Shown piece after piece: positions 45,433 through 45,441 of a stretch of DNA of 45,441 nt. How positions within the stretch are numbered: position 1 is the stretch's first letter; each line of letters opens with the position of its first letter. The stretch spans positions 1 through 45,441 of the IMG/VR virus record IMGVR_UViG_3300008267_000272; one strand, 5' to 3'. This DNA is from a virus (lineage: Duplodnaviria; Caudoviricetes). The translations under genes and the position numbers were made by a program. The notes beneath the pieces are model-generated. The model saw only the letters and a list, made by a program, of their open reading frames with translations. It ran no database searches and had not been told where the DNA came from.

Positions 45433-45441
45433 ATGAAAACA
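45433..45441 (+). CDS. start of a further early gene (MKT...), truncated by the window edge
   Basis: Third copy of the GAAAGG-N6-ATGAAAAC initiation cassette. Confidence 0.5.

Noticed and set aside
1-45441. tRNA/rRNA genes, integrase/att site, IS elements
   Set aside because: No cloverleaf, recombinase or transposase signatures seen; intergenic spaces are short and otherwise explained.

Overview
The window is a large part of a tailed dsDNA bacteriophage genome (Caudoviricetes) with a podovirus-like gene set and no integrase, tRNA or CRISPR seen. A ~42.5-kb late/morphogenesis operon on the - strand (44219->1770) reads: terminase small subunit-like, LexA-type HTH, large terminase, portal (broken by an apparent out-of-frame deletion at ~40388), GroES-like co-chaperonin, scaffold, Mu gpT-like major capsid protein, decoration proteins, a GT-A glycosyltransferase, a cluster of small basic proteins, head-tail/tail proteins, Gly-rich/LamG/SPRY fibres, lysis genes, putative internal (ejection) proteins and a 2629-aa polyvalent protein. 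Short + strand segments flank it: a PAPS-reductase-like gene and nucleases on the left, and a strong sigma70 promoter with repeated initiation cassettes on the right. The most notable unexplained signals are: (1) a 14-bp palindrome TGGWAACGTTWCCA dispersed through the genome (6 exact and 4 one-mismatch copies, in different reading frames and intergenic); (2) a shared phi-A-x-GG peptide motif and a shared C-terminal DGIAQRGKT(R/K)GxxC tag across many unrelated late proteins; (3) a multi-pseudoknot RNA element downstream of the capsid gene that covers the next RBS; (4) apparent complete avoidance of GCWGC and CCWGG. All family assignments come from motif recognition by eye, not database searches.
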